Shown here one piece after another: positions 10,528 to 25,268 of a stretch of DNA of 64,000 bases. Within the stretch, counting starts at the first letter, position 1; the number at the start of each line of letters is the position of its first letter. Both the position numbers and the translations under genes were made by a program. The notes below the pieces were generated by a model that worked only from the letters and a program-made list of their open reading frames with translations, made no database searches and was not told the origin of the DNA. Location: contig OZ059898.1 in NCBI GenBank assembly GCA_964057225.1, forward strand, positions 19,654,001-19,718,000. The letters run 5' to 3'. The stretch comes from Auanema rhodensis (Eukaryota > Animalia > Nematoda).

Positions 10528-13500
10528 AAATGCACCGAGATATCAACTGATATAAGTTCACACTTATATCCTCGATTTTCACCCTGAAGAATTAATTTTT
10601 TCGTTGAATAACATTGTCCATCGTCTTTGCCTTGAAATAAGGAATCTAAAAACATCTTCTTTTTGCTAAATTATTTTGAAATTTTTTGAAAAAATTTTTG
10701 TCAAAATGTTTTTGGAAGCAATGTTGAGTGTACATGGAAACTCAACATACACTAATGCATCATTTTTCAAACGATCATAACTAATTTTTGTATAAAGCGT
10801 TTCTCAATGTAGTATAGTGCATTCGATGCGGATTTTTAAGCTGCGTCGATCTGTGTTATCAGATTTGCGCTAGCTTAAAAATGGACCGAGATATCAACTG
10901 ATATAAGTTCACACTTATTTCCTCGATTTTCACAATGAAGAATTAATTTTTTCGTTGAATAACATTGTCCATCGTCTTTGCCTTGAAAAAAGGAATCTAA
11001 AAACATCTACTTTTTGCTAAATTATTTTGAAATTTTTCGAAAAAATTTTTGTCAAAATGTTTTTGGAAGCAATGTTGAGTGTACATGGAAACTCAACATA
11101 CACTAATGCATCATTTTTCAAACGATCATAACTAATTTTTGTATAAAGCGTTTCTCAATGTAGTATAGTGCATTCGATGCGGATTTTTAAGCTGCGTCGA
11201 TCTGTGTTATCAGATTTGCGTTAGCTTAAAAATGCACCGAGATATCAACTGATATAAGTTCACACTTATATCCTCGATTTTCACCCTGAAGAATTAATTT
11301 TTTCGTTGAATAACATTGTCCATCGTCTTTGCCTTGAAAAAAAGAATCTAAAAACATCTTCTTTTTGCTAAATTATTTTGAAATTTTTTGAAAAAATTTT
11401 TGTCAAAATGTTTTTGGAAGCAATGTTGAGTGTACATGGAAACTCAACATACACTAATGCATCATTTTTCAAACGATCATAACTAATTTTTGTATAAAGC
11501 GTTTCTTATTGTAGTATAGTGCATTCGATGCGGAGTTTTAAGCTGCGTCGATCTGTGTTATCAGATTTGCGCTAGCTTAAAAATGCACCGAGATATCAAC
11601 TGATATAAGTTCACACTTATTTCCTCGATTTTCACCCTGAAGAATTAATTTTTTCGTTGAATAACATTGTCCATCGTCTTTGCCTTGAAAAAAGGAATCT
11701 AAAAACATCTTCTTTTTGCTAAATTATTTTGAAATTTTTTGAAAAAATTTTTGTCAAAATGTTTTTGGAAGCAATGTTGAGTGTACATGGAAACTCAACA
11801 TACACTAATGCATCATTTTTCAAACGATCATAACTAATTTTTGTATAAAGCGTTTCTTAAAGTAGTATAGTGCATTCGATGCGGATTTTTAAGCTGCGTC
11901 GATCTGTGTTATCAGATTTGCGCTAGCTTAAAAATGCACCGAGATATCAACTGATATAAGTTCACACTTATATCCTCGATTTTCACCCTGAAGAACTAAT
12001 TTTTTCGTTGAAAAACATTGTCCATCGTGTTTGCCTTGAAAAAAGGAATCTAAAAACATCTACTTTTTGCTAAATTATTTTGAAATTTTTCGAAAAAATT
12101 TTTGTCAAAATGTTTTTGGAAGCAATGTTGAGTGTACATGGAAACTAAACATACACTAATGCATCATTTTTCAAACGATCATAACTAATTTTTGTATTAA
12201 GCGTTTCTCAATGTAGTATAGTGCATTCGATGCGGATTTTTAAGCTGCGTCGATCTGTGTTATCAGATTTGCGCTAGCTTAAAAATGCACCGAGATATCA
12301 ACTGATATAAGTTCACACTTATATCCTCAATTTTCACCCTGAAGAATTAATTTTTTCGTTGAATAACATTGTCCATCGTGTTTGCCTTGAAAAAAGGAAT
12401 CTAAAAACATCTACTTTTTGCTAAATTATTTTGAAATTTTTCGAAAAAATTTTTGTCAAAATGTTTTTGGAAGCAATGTTGAGTGTACATGGAAACTCAA
12501 CATACACTAATGCATCATTTTTCAAACGATCATAACTAATTTTTGTATTAAGCGTTTCTCAATGTAGTATAGTGCATTCGATGCGGATTTTTAAGCTGCG
12601 TCGATCTGTGTTATCAGATTTGCGCTAGCTTAAAAATGCACCGAGATATCAACTGATATAAGTTCACACTTATATCCTCAATTTTCACCCTGAAGAATTA
12701 ATTTTTTCGTTGAATAACATTGTCCATCGTATTTGCCTTGAAAAAAGGAATCTAAAAACATCTTCTTTTTGCTAAATTATTTTGAAATTTTTTGAAAAAA
12801 TTTTTGTCAAAATGTTTTTGGAAGCAATGTTGAGTGTACATGGAAACTCAACATACACTAATGCATCATTTTTCAAACGATCATAACTAATTTTTGTATA
12901 AAGCGTTTCTTAAAGTAGTATAGTGCATTCGATGCGGATTTTTAAGCTGCGGCGATCTGTGTTATCAGATTTGCGCTAGCTTAAAAATGCACCGAGATAT
13001 CAACTGATATAAGTTCACACTTATATCCTCGATTTTCACCCTGAAGAACTAATTTTTTCGTTGAAAAACATTGTCCATCGTGTTTGCCTTGAAAAAAGGA
13101 ATCTAAAAACATCTACTTTTTGCTAAATTATTTTGAAATTTTTCGAAAAAATTTTTGTCAAAATGTTTTTGGAAGCAATGTTGAGTGTACATGGAAACTC
13201 AACATACACTAATGCATCATTTTTCAAACGATCATAACTAATTTTTCTATTAAGCGTTTCTCAATGTAGTATAGTGCATTCGATGCGGATTTTTAAGCTG
13301 CGTCGATCTGTGTTATCAGATTTGCGCTAGCTTAAAAATGCACCGAGATATCAACTGATATAAGTTCACACTTATATCCTCAATTTTCACCCTGAAGAAT
13401 TAATTTTTTCGTTGAATAACATTGTCCATCGTGTTTGCCTTGAAAAAAGGAATCTAAAAACATCTACTTTTTGCTAAATTATTTTGAAATTTTTTGAAAA

Positions 13501-16500
13501 AATTTTTGTCAAAATGTTTTTGGAAGCAATGTTGAGTGTACATGGAAACTCAACATACACTAATGCATCATTTTTCAAACGATCATAACTAATTTTTGTA
13601 TTAAGCGTTTCTCAATGTAGTATAGTGCATTCGATGCGGATTTTTAAGCTGCGTCGATCTGTGTTATCAGATTTGCGCTAGCTTAAAAATGCACCGAGAT
13701 ATCAACTGATATAAGTTCACACTTATATCCTCAATTTTCACCCTGAAGAATTAATTTTTTCGTTGAATAACATTGTCCATCGTGTTTGCCTTGAAAAAAG
13801 GAATCTAAAAACATCTACATTTTGCTAAATTATTTTGAAATTTTTCGAAAAAATTTTTGTCAAAATGTTTTTGGAAGCAATGTTGAGTGTACATGGAAAC
13901 TCAACATACACTAATGCATCATTTTTCAAACGATCATAACTAATTTTTGTATTAAGCATTTCTCAATGTAGTATAGTGCATTCGATGCGGATTTTTAAGC
14001 TGCGTCGATCTGTGTTATCAGATTTGCGTTAGCTTAAAAATGCACCGAGATATCAACTGATATAAGTTCACACTTATTTCCTCGATTTTCACCCTGAAGA
14101 ATTAATTTTTTCGTTGAATAACGTTGTCCATCGTCTTTGCCTTGAAAAAAGGAATCTAAAAACATCTACTTTTTGCTAAATTATTTCGAAATTTTTCGAA
14201 AAAATTTTTGTCAAAATGTTTTTGGAAGCAATGTTGAGTGTACATGGAAACTCAACATACACTAATGCATCATTTTTCAAACGATCATAACTAATTTTTG
14301 TATTAAGCGTTTCTCAATGTAGTTTAGTGCATTCGATGCGGATTTTTAAGCTGCGTCGATCTGTGTTATCAGATTTGCGCTAGCTTAAAAATGCACCGAG
14401 ATATCAACTGATATAAGTTCACACTTATATCCTCAATTTTCACCCTGAAGAATTAATTTTTTCGTTGAATAACATTGTCCATCGTGTTTGCCTTGAAAAA
14501 AGGAATCTAAAAACATCTACATTTTGCTAAATTATTTTGAAATTTTTCGAAAAAATTTTTGTCAAAATGTTTTTGGAAGCAATGTTGAGTGTACATGGAA
14601 ACTCAACATACACTAATGCATCATTTTTCAAACGATCATAACTAATTTTTGTATTAAGCATTTCTCAATGTAGTATAGTGCATTCGATGCGGATTTTTAA
14701 GCTGCGTCGATCTGTGTTATCAGATTTGCGTTAGCTTAAAAATGCACCGAGATATCAACTGATATAAGTTCACACTTATTTCCTCGATTTTCACCCTGAA
14801 GAATTAATTTTTTCGTTGAATAACGTTGTCCATCGTCTTTGCCTTGAAAAAAAAAATCTAAAAACATCTACTTTTTGCTAAATTATTTCGAAATTTTTCG
14901 AAAAAATTTTTGTCAAAATGTTTTTGGAAGCAATGTTGAGTGTACATGGAAACTCAACATACACTAATGCATCATTTTTCAAACGATCATAACTAATTTC
15001 TGTATTAAACGTTTCTCAATGTAGTATAGTGCATTCGATGCGGATTTTTAAGCTGCGTCGATCTGTGTTATCAGATTTGCGCTAGCTTAAAAATGCACCG
15101 AGACATCAACTGATATAAGTTCACACTTATATCCTCGATTTTCACCCTGAAGAATTGATTTTTTCGTTGAATAACATTGTCCATCGTCTTTGCCTTGAAA
15201 AAAGGAATCTAAAAACATCTACTTTTTGCTAAATTATTCTGAAATTTTTCGAAAAAATTTTTGTCAAAATGTTTTTGGAAGCAATGTTGAGTGTACATGG
15301 AAACTCAACATACACTAATGCATCATTTTTCAAACGATCATAACTAATTTTTGTATAACGCGTTTCTCAATGTAGTATAGTGCATTCGATGCAGATTTGT
15401 AAGCTGCGTCGATCTGTGTTATCAGATTTGCGCTAGCTTAAAAATGCACCGAGACATCAACTGATATAAGTTCACACTTATATCCTCGATTTTCACCCTG
15501 AAGAAATAATTTTTTCGTTGAATAACATTGTCCATCGTCTTTGCCTTGAAAGAAGGAATCTAAAAACATCTACTTTTTGCTAAATTATTCTGAAATTTTT
15601 CGAAAAAATTTTTGTCAAAATGTTTTTGGAAGCAATGTTGAGTGTACATGGAAACTCAACATACACTAATGCATCATTTTTCAAACGATCATAACTAATT
15701 TCTGTATTAAGCGTTTCTCAATGTAGTATAGTGCATTCGATGCGGATTTTTAAGCTGCGTCTATCTGTGTTGTCAGATTTGTGCTAGCTTAAAAATGCAC
15801 CGAGACATCAACTGATACAAGTTCACACTTATATCCTCGATTTTCACCCTGAAGAATTAATTTTTTCGTTGAATAACATTGTCCATCGTCTTTGCCTTGA
15901 AAAAAAAAATCTAAAAACATTTACTTTTTGCTAAATTATTTTGAAATTTTTCGAAAAAATTTTTGTCAAAATGTTTTTGGAAGCAATGTTGAGTGTACAT
16001 GGAAACTCAACATACACTATTGCATCATTTTTCAAACGATCATAACTAATTTTTGTATTAAGCGTTTCTCAATGTAGTATAGTGCATTCGATGCGGATTT
16101 TTAAGCTGCGTCGATCTGTGTTATCAGATTTGCGCTAGCTTAAAAATGCACCGAGACATCAACTGATATAAGTTCACACTTATATCCTCGATTTTCACCC
16201 TGAAGAATTAATTTTTTCGTTGAATAACGTTGTCCATCGTCTTTGCCTTGAAAAAAGGAATCTAAAAACATTTACTTTTTGCTAAATTATTTTGAAATTT
16301 TTCGAAAAAATTTTTGTCAAAATGTTTTTGGAAGCAATGTTGAGTGTACATGGAAACTCAACATACACTATTGCATCATTTTTCAAACGATCATAACTAA
16401 TTTTTGTATTAAGCGTTTCTCAATGTAGTATAGTGCATTCGATGCGGATTTTTAAGCTGCGTCGATCTGTGTTATCAGATTTGCGCTAGCTTAAAAATGC

Positions 16501-19500
16501 ACCGAGACATCAACTGATATAAGTTCACACTTATATCCTCGATTTTCACCCTGAAGAATTAATTTTTTCGTTGAATAACGTTGTCCATCGTCTTTGCCTT
16601 GAAAAAAGGAATCTAAAAACATTTACTTTTTGCTAAATTATTTTGAAATTTTTCGAAAAAATTTTTGTCAAAATGTTTTTGGAAGCAATGTTGAGTGTAC
16701 ATGGAAACTCAACATACACTATTGCATCATTTTTCAAACGATCATAACTAATTTTTGTATTAAGCGTTTCTCAATGTAGTATAGTGCATTCGATGCGGAT
16801 TTTTAAGCTGCGTCGATCTGTGTTATCAGATTTGCGCTAGCTTAAAAATGCACCGAGACATCAACTGATATAAGTTCACACTTATATCCTCGATTTTCAC
16901 CCTGAAGAATTAATTTTTTCGTTGAATAACGTTGTCCATCGTCTTTGCCTTGAAAAAAGGAATCTAAAAACATCTACTTTTTGCTAAATTATTTCGAAAT
17001 TTTTCGAAAAAATTTTTGTCAAAATGTTTTTGGAAGCAATGTTGAGTGTACATGGAAACTCAACATACACTAATGCATCATTTTTCAAACGATCATAACT
17101 AATTTTTGTATTAAGCGTTTTTCAATGAGTATAGTGCATTCGATGCGGATTTTTAAGCTGCGTCGATCTGTGTTATCAGATTTGCGCTAGCTTAAAAATG
17201 CACCGAGACATCAACTGATATAAGTTCACACTTATATCCTCGATTTTCACCCTGAAGAATTGATTTTTTCGTTGAATAACATTGTCCATCGTCTTTGCCT
17301 TGAAAAACGAAATCTGAAAACTTCTACTTTTTGCTAAATTATTTTGAAATTTTTCGAAAAAATTTTTGTCAAAATGTTTTTGGAAGCAATGTTGAGTGTA
17401 CATGGAAACTCAACATACACTAATGCATCATTTTTCAAACGATCACAACTAATTTTTGTATAAAGCGTTTCTCAATGTCGTATAGTGCATTCGATGCAGA
17501 TTTGTAAGCTGCGTCGATCTGTGTTATCAGATTTGCGCTAGCTTAAAAATGCACCGAGATATCAACTGATATAAGTTCACACTTATATCCTCGATTTTCA
17601 CCCTGAAGAATTAATTTTTTCGTTGAATAACATTAGCCATCGTCTTTGCCTTATAAAAAGGAATCTAAAAACATTTACTTTTTGCTAAATTATTTTGAAA
17701 TTTTTCGAAAAAATTTTTGTCAAAATGTTTTTGGAAGCAATGTTGAGTGTACATGGAAACTCAACATACACTATTGCATCATTTTTCAAACGATCATAAC
17801 TAATTTTTGTATTAAGCGTTTCTCAATGTAGTATAGTGCATTCGATGCGGATTTTTAAGCTGCGTCGATCTGTGTTATCAGATTTGCGCTAACTTGAAAA
17901 TGCACCGAGACATCAACTGATATAAGTTCACACTTATATCCTCGATTTTCACCCTGAAGAATTAATTTTTTCGTTGAATAACGTTGTCCATCGTCTTTGC
18001 CTTGAAAAAAGGAATCTAAAAACATCTACTTTTTGCTAAATTATTTCGAAATTTTTCGAAAAAATTTTTGTCAAAATGTTTTTGGAAGCAATGTTGAGTG
18101 TACATGGAAACTCAACATACACTAATGCATCATTTTTCAAACGATCATAACTAATTTTTGTATTAAGCGTTTTTCAATGTAGTATAGTGCATTCGATGCG
18201 GATTTTTAAGCTGCGTCGATCTGTGTTATCAGATTTGCGCTAGCTTAAAAATGCACCGAGACATCAACTGATATAAGTTCACACTTATATCCTCGATTTT
18301 CACCCTGAAGAATTGATTTTTTCGTTGAATAACATTGTCCATCGTCTTTGCCTTGAAAAACGAAATCTGAAAACTTCTACTTTTTGCTAAATTATTTTGA
18401 AATTTTTCGAAAAAATTTTTGTCAAAATGTTTTTGGAAGCAATGTTGAGTGTACATGGAAACTCAACATACACTAATGCATCATTTTTCAAACGATCACA
18501 ACTAATTTTTGTATAAAGCGTTTCTCAATGTCGTATAGTGCATTCGATGCAGATTTGTAAGCTGCGTCGATCTGTGTTATCAGATTTGCGCTAGCTTAAA
18601 AATGCACCGAGATATCAACTGATATAAGTTCACACTTATATCCTCGATTTTCACCCTGAAGAATTAATTTTTTCGTTGAATAACATTAGCCATCGTCTTT
18701 GCCTTATAAAAAGGAATCTAAAAACATTTACTTTTTGCTAAATTATCTTGAAATTTTTCGAAAAAATTTTTGTCAAAATGTTTTTGGAAGCAATGTTGAG
18801 TGTACATGGAAACTCAACATACACTAATGCATCATTTTTCAAACGATCATAACTAATTTTTGTATTAAGCGTTTTTCAATGTAGTATAGTGCATTCGATG
18901 CGGATTTTTAAGCTGCGTCGATCTGTGTTATCAGATTTGCGCTAACTTGAAAATGCACCGAGACATCAACTGATATAAGTTCACACTTATATCCTCGATT
19001 TTCACCCTGAAGAATTAATTTTTTCGTTGAATAACGTTGTCCATCGTCTTTGCCTTGAAAAAAGGAATCTAAAAACATCTACTTTTTGCTAAATTATTTC
19101 GAAATTTTTCGAAAAAATTTTTGTCAAAATGTTTTTGGAAGCAATGTTGAGTGTACATGGAAACTCAACATACACTAATGCATCATTTTTCAAACGATCA
19201 TAACTAATTTTTGTATTAAGCGTTTTTCAATGTAGTATAGTGCATTCGATGCGGATTTTTAAGCTGCGTCGATCTGTGTTATCAGATTTGCGCTAACTTG
19301 AAAATGCACCGAGACATCAACTGATATAAGTTCACACTTATATCCTCGATTTTCACCCTGAAGAATTTATTTTTTCGTTGAATAACATTGTCCATCGTCT
19401 TTGCCTTGAAAAAAGGAATCTAAAAACATCTACTTTTTGCTAAATTATTCTGAAATTTTTCGAAAAAATTTTTGTCAAAATGTTTTTGGAAGCAATGTTG

Positions 19501-22500
19501 AGTGTACATGGAAACTCAACATACACTAATGCATCATTTTTCAAACGATCATAACTAATTTCTGTATTAAACGTTTCTCAATGTAGTATAGTGCATTCGA
19601 TGCGGATTTTTAAGCTGCGTCGATCTGTGTTATCAGATTTGCGCTAGCTTAAAAATGCACCGAGACATCAACTGATATAAGTTCACACTTATATCCTCGA
19701 TTTTCACCCTGAAGAATTGATTTTTTCGTTGAATAACATTGTCCATCGTCTTTGCCTTGAAAAACGAAATCTGAAAACTTCTACTTTTTGCTAAATTATT
19801 TTGAAATTTTTCGAAAAAATTTTTGTCAAAATGTTTTTGGAAGCAATGTTGAGTGTACATGGAAACTCAACATACACTAATGCATCATTTTTCAAACGAT
19901 CACAACTAATTTTTGTATAAAGCGTTTCTCAATGTCGTATAGTGCATTCGATGCAGATTTGTAAGCTGCGTCGATCTGTGTTATCAGATTTGCGCTAGCT
20001 TAAAAATGCACCGAGATATCAACTGATATAAGTTCACACTTATATCCTCGATTTTCACCCTGAAGAATTAATTTTTTCGTTGAATAACATTGTCCATCGT
20101 CTTTGCCTTGAAATAAGGAATCTAAAAACATCTTCTTTTTGCTAAATTATTTTGAAATTTTTTGAAAAAATTTTTGTCAAAATGTTTTTGGAAGCAATGT
20201 TGAGTGTACATGGAAACTCAACATACACTATTGCATCATTTTTCAAACGATCATAACTAATTTTTGTATTAAGCGTTTCTCAATGTAGTATAGTGCATTC
20301 GATGCGGATTTTTAAGCTGCGTCGATCTGTGTTATCAGATTTGCGCTAACTTGAAAATGCACCGAGACATCAACTGATATAAGTTCACACTTATATCCTC
20401 GATTTTCACCCTGAAGAATTAATTTTTTCGTTGAATAACGTTGTCCATCGTCTTTGCCTTGAAAAAAGGAATCTAAAAACATCTACTTTTTGCTAAATTA
20501 TTTCGAAATTTTTCGAAAAAATTTTTGTCAAAATGTTTTTGGAAGCAATGTTGAGTGTACATGGAAACTCAACATACACTAATGCATCATTTTTCAAACG
20601 ATCATAACTAATTTTTGTATTAAGCGTTTTTCAATGTAGTATAGTGCATTCGATGCGGATTTTTAAGCTGCGTCGATCTGTGTTATCAGATTTGCGCTAG
20701 CTTAAAAATGCACCGAGACATCAACTGATATAAGTTCACACTTATATCCTCGATTTTCACCCTGAAGAATTGATTTTTTCGTTGAATAACATTGTCCATC
20801 GTCTTTGCCTTGAAAAACGAAATCTGAAAACTTCTACTTTTTGCTAAATTATTTTGAAATTTTTCGAAAAAATTTTTGTCAAAATGTTTTTGGAAGCAAT
20901 GTTGAGTGTACATGGAAACTCAACATACACTAATGCATCATTTTTCAAACGATCACAACTAATTTTTGTATAAAGCGTTTCTCAATGTCGTATAGTGCAT
21001 TCGATGCAGATTTGTAAGCTGCGTCGATCTGTGTTATCAGATTTGCGCTAGCTTAAAAATGCACCGAGATATCAACTGATATAAGTTCACACTTATATCC
21101 TCGATTTTCACCCTGAAGAATTAATTTTTTCGTTGAATAACATTAGCCATCGTCTTTGCCTTATAAAAAGGAATCTAAAAACATTTACTTTTTGCTAAAT
21201 TATTTTGAAATTTTTCGAAAAAATTTTTGTCAAAATGTTTTTGGAAGCAATGTTGAGTGTACATGGAAACTCAACATACACTAATGCATCATTTTTCAAA
21301 CGATCATAACTAATTTTTGTATTAAGCGTTTTTCAATGTAGTATAGTGCATTCGATGCGGATTTTTAAGCTGCGTCGATCTGTGTTATCAGATTTGCGCT
21401 AACTTGAAAATGCACCGAGACATCAACTGATATAAGTTCACACTTATATCCTCGATTTTCACCCTGAAGAATTAATTTTTTCGTTGAATAACGTTGTCCA
21501 TCGTCTTTGCCTTGAAAAAAGGAATCTAAAAACATCTACTTTTTGCTAAATTATTTCGAAATTTTTCGAAAAAATTTTTGTCAAAATGTTTTTGGAAGCA
21601 ATGTTGAGTGTACATGGAAACTCAACATACACTAATGCATCATTTTTCAAACGATCATAACTAATTTTTGTATTAAGCGTTTTTCAATGTAGTATAGTGC
21701 ATTCGATGCGGATTTTTAAGCTGCGTCGATCTGTGTTATCAGATTTGCGCTAGCTTAAAAATGCACCGAGACATCAACTGATATAAGTTCACACTTATAT
21801 CCTCGATTTTCACCCTGAAGAATTTATTTTTTCGTTGAATAACATTGTCCATCGTCTTTGCCTTGAAAAAAGGAATCTAAAAACATCTACTTTTTGCTAA
21901 ATTATTCTGAAATTTTTCGAAAAAATTTTTGTCAAAATGTTTTTGGAAGCAATGTTGAGTGTACATGGAAACTCAACATACACTAATGCATCATTTTTCA
22001 AACGATCATAACTAATTTCTGTATTAAACGTTTCTCAATGTAGTATAGTGCATTCGATGCGGATTTTTAAGCTGCGTCGATCTGTGTTATCAGATTTGCG
22101 CTAGCTTAAAAATGCACCGAGACATCAACTGATATAAGTTCACACTTATATCCTCGATTTTCACCCTGAAGAATTGATTTTTTCGTTGAATAACATTGTC
22201 CATCGTCTTTGCCTTGAAAAACGAAATCTGAAAACTTCTACTTTTTGCTAAATTATTTTGAAATTTTTCGAAAAAATTTTTGTCAAAATGTTTTTGGAAG
22301 CAATGTTGAGTGTACATGGAAACTCAACATACACTAATGCATCATTTTTCAAACGATCACAACTAATTTTTGTATAAAGCGTTTCTCAATGTCGTATAGT
22401 GCATTCGATGCAGATTTGTAAGCTGCGTCGATCTGTGTTATCAGATTTGCGCTAGCTTAAAAATGCACCGAGATATCAACTGATATAAGTTCACACTTAT

Positions 22501-24566
22501 ATCCTCGATTTTCACCCTGAAGAATTAATTTTTTCGTTGAATAACATTGTCCATCGTCTTTGCCTTGAAATAAGGAATCTAAAAACATCTTCTTTTTGCT
22601 AAATTATTTTGAAATTTTTTGAAAAAATTTTTGTCAAAATGTTTTTGGAAGCAATGTTGAGTGTACATGGAAACTCAACATACACTAATGCATCATTTTT
22701 CAAACGATCATAACTAATTTTTGTATAAAGCGTTTCTCAATGTAGTATAGTGCATTCGATGCGGATTTTTAAGCTGCGTCGATCTGTGTTATCAGATTTG
22801 CGCTAGCTTAAAAATGGACCGAGATATCAACTGATATAAGTTCACACTTATTTCCTCGATTTTCACAATGAAGAATTAATTTTTTCGTTGAATAACATTG
22901 TCCATCGTCTTTGCCTTGAAAAAAGGAATCTAAAAACATCTACTTTTTGCTAAATTATTTTGAAATTTTTCGAAAAAATTTTTGTCAAAATGTTTTTGGA
23001 AGCAATGTTGAGTGTACATGGAAACTCATCATACACTAATGCATCATTTTTCAAACGATCATAACTAATTTTTGTATAAAGCGTTTCTCAATGTAGTATA
23101 GTGCATTCGATGCGGATTTTTAAGCTGCGTCGATCTGTGTTATCAGATTTGCGCTAGCTTAAAAATGCACCGAGACATCAACTGATATAAGTTCACACTT
23201 ATATCCTCGATTTTCACCCTGAAGAATTGATTTTTTCGTTGAATAACATTGTCCATCGTCTTTGCCTTGAAAAACGAAATCTGAAAACTTCTACTTTTTG
23301 CTAAATTATTTTGAAATTTTTCGAAAAAATTTTTGTCAAAATGTTTTTGGAAGCAATGTTGAGTGTACATGGAAACTCAACATACACTAATGCATCATTT
23401 TTCAAACGATCACAACTAATTTTTGTATAAAGCGTTTCTCAATGTCGTATAGTGCATTCGATGCAGATTTGTAAGCTGCGTCGATCTGTGTTATCAGATT
23501 TGCGCTAGCTTAAAAATGCACCGAGACATCAACTGATATAAGTTCACACTTATATCCTCGATTTTCACCCTGAAGAATTAATTTTTTCGTTGAATAACAT
23601 TGTCCATCGTCTTTGCCTTGAAATAAGGAATCTAAAAACATCTTCTTTTTGCTAAATTATTTTGAAATTTTTTGAAAAAATTTTTGTCAAAATGTTTTTG
23701 GAAGCAATGTTGAGTGTACATGGAAACTCAACATACACTAATGCATCATTTTTCAAACGATCATAACTAATTTTTGTATAAAGCGTTTCTCAATGTAGTA
23801 TAGTGCATTCGATGCGGATTTTTAAGCTGCGTCGATCTGTGTTATCAGATTTGCGCTAGCTTAAAAATGGACCGAGATATCAACTGATATAAGTTCACAC
23901 TTATTTCCTCGATTTTCACAATGAAGAATTAATTTTTTCGTTGAATAACATTGTCCATCGTCTTTGCCTTGAAAAAAGGAATCTAAACACATCTACTTTT
24001 TGCTAAATTATTTTGAAATTTTTCGAAAAAATTTTTGTCAAAATGTTTTTGGAAGCAATGTTGAGTGTACATGGAAACTCAACATACACTAATGCATCAT
24101 TTTTCAAACGATCATAACTAATTTTTGTATAAAGCGTTTCTCAATGTAGTATAGTGCATTCGATGCGGATTTTTAAGCTGCGTCGATCTGTGTTATCAGA
24201 TTTGCGCTAGCTTAAAAATGCACCGAGACATCAACTGATATAAGTTCACACTTATATCCTCGATTTTCACCCTGAAGAATTGATTTTTTCGTTGAATAAC
24301 ATTGTCCATCGTCTTTGCCTTGAAAAACGAAATCTGAAAACTTCTACTTTTTGCTAAATTATTTTGAAATTTTTCGAAAAAATTTTTGTCAAAATGTTTT
24401 TGGAAGCAATGTTGAGTGTACATGGAAACTCAACATACACTAATGCATCATTTTTCAAACGATCACAACTAATTTTTGTATAAAGCGTTTCTCAATGTCG
24501 TATAGTGCATTCGATGCAGATTTGTAAGCTGCGTCGATCTGTGTTATCAGATTTGCGCTAGCTTAA
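10528..24566. repeat. Block copy I of a multi-kb super-repeat (M31-M70)
   Basis: Ordered rare markers ATGGACC/CACAATG, TTTCTTATT, TTAAAGT, TTTCTATT, TATAACGCG and GAAAGAAGG, then type-A monomers, recur in the same order from 24567. ORF pairs 17176/31918, 17646/32388, 18229/32971 and 19633/34375 all differ by 14742 bp (42 monomers). Confidence 0.8.
17196..22109. repeat. Nascent 7-mer higher-order repeat (2457 bp; A-B-C-A-B-C-D), two copies
   Basis: Type-A monomers are spaced 1053/1404/1053/1404 bp. B = TTAGCC/CCTTATAA, C = AACGTT/TTTCGA, D = AATTTATT/TTATTCTG. The first B of copy 2 (M58) is a chimera. Confidence 0.8.
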
Positions 24567-25268
24567 AAATGCACCGAGACATCAACTGATATAAGTTCAC
24601 ACTTATATCCTCGATTTTCACCCTGAAGAATTAATTTTTTCGTTGAATAACATTGTCCATCGTCTTTGCCTTGAAATAAGGAATCTAAAAACATCTTCTT
24701 TTTGCTAAATTATTTTGAAATTTTTTGAAAAAATTTTTGTCAAAATGTTTTTGGAAGCAATGTTGAGTGTACATGGAAACTCAACATACACTAATGCATC
24801 ATTTTTCAAACGATCATAACTAATTTTTGTATAAAGCGTTTCTCAATGTAGTATAGTGCATTCGATGCGGATTTTTAAGCTGCGTCGATCTGTGTTATCA
24901 GATTTGCGCTAGCTTAAAAATGGACCGAGATATCAACTGATATAAGTTCACACTTATTTCCTCGATTTTCACAATGAAGAATTAATTTTTTCGTTGAATA
25001 ACATTGTCCATCGTCTTTGCCTTGAAAAAAGAAATCTAAAAACATCTACTTTTTGCTAAAATATTTTGAAATTTTTCGAAAAAATTTTTGTCAAAATGTT
25101 TTTGGAAGCAATGTTGAGTGTACATGGAAACTCAACATACACTAATGCATCATTTTTCAAACGATCATAACTAATTTTTGTATAAAGCGTTTCTCAATGT
25201 AGTATAGTGCATTCGATGCGGATTTTTAAGCTGCGTCGATCTGTGTTATCAGATTTGCGTTAGCTTAA
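22110..25268. repeat. Nascent 3-mer higher-order repeat (1053 bp), three copies
   Basis: ATGGACC SNP at 22817, 23870 and 24923; type-A ORFs at 22090, 23143 and 24196; all spaced exactly 1053 bp. Confidence 0.9.
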
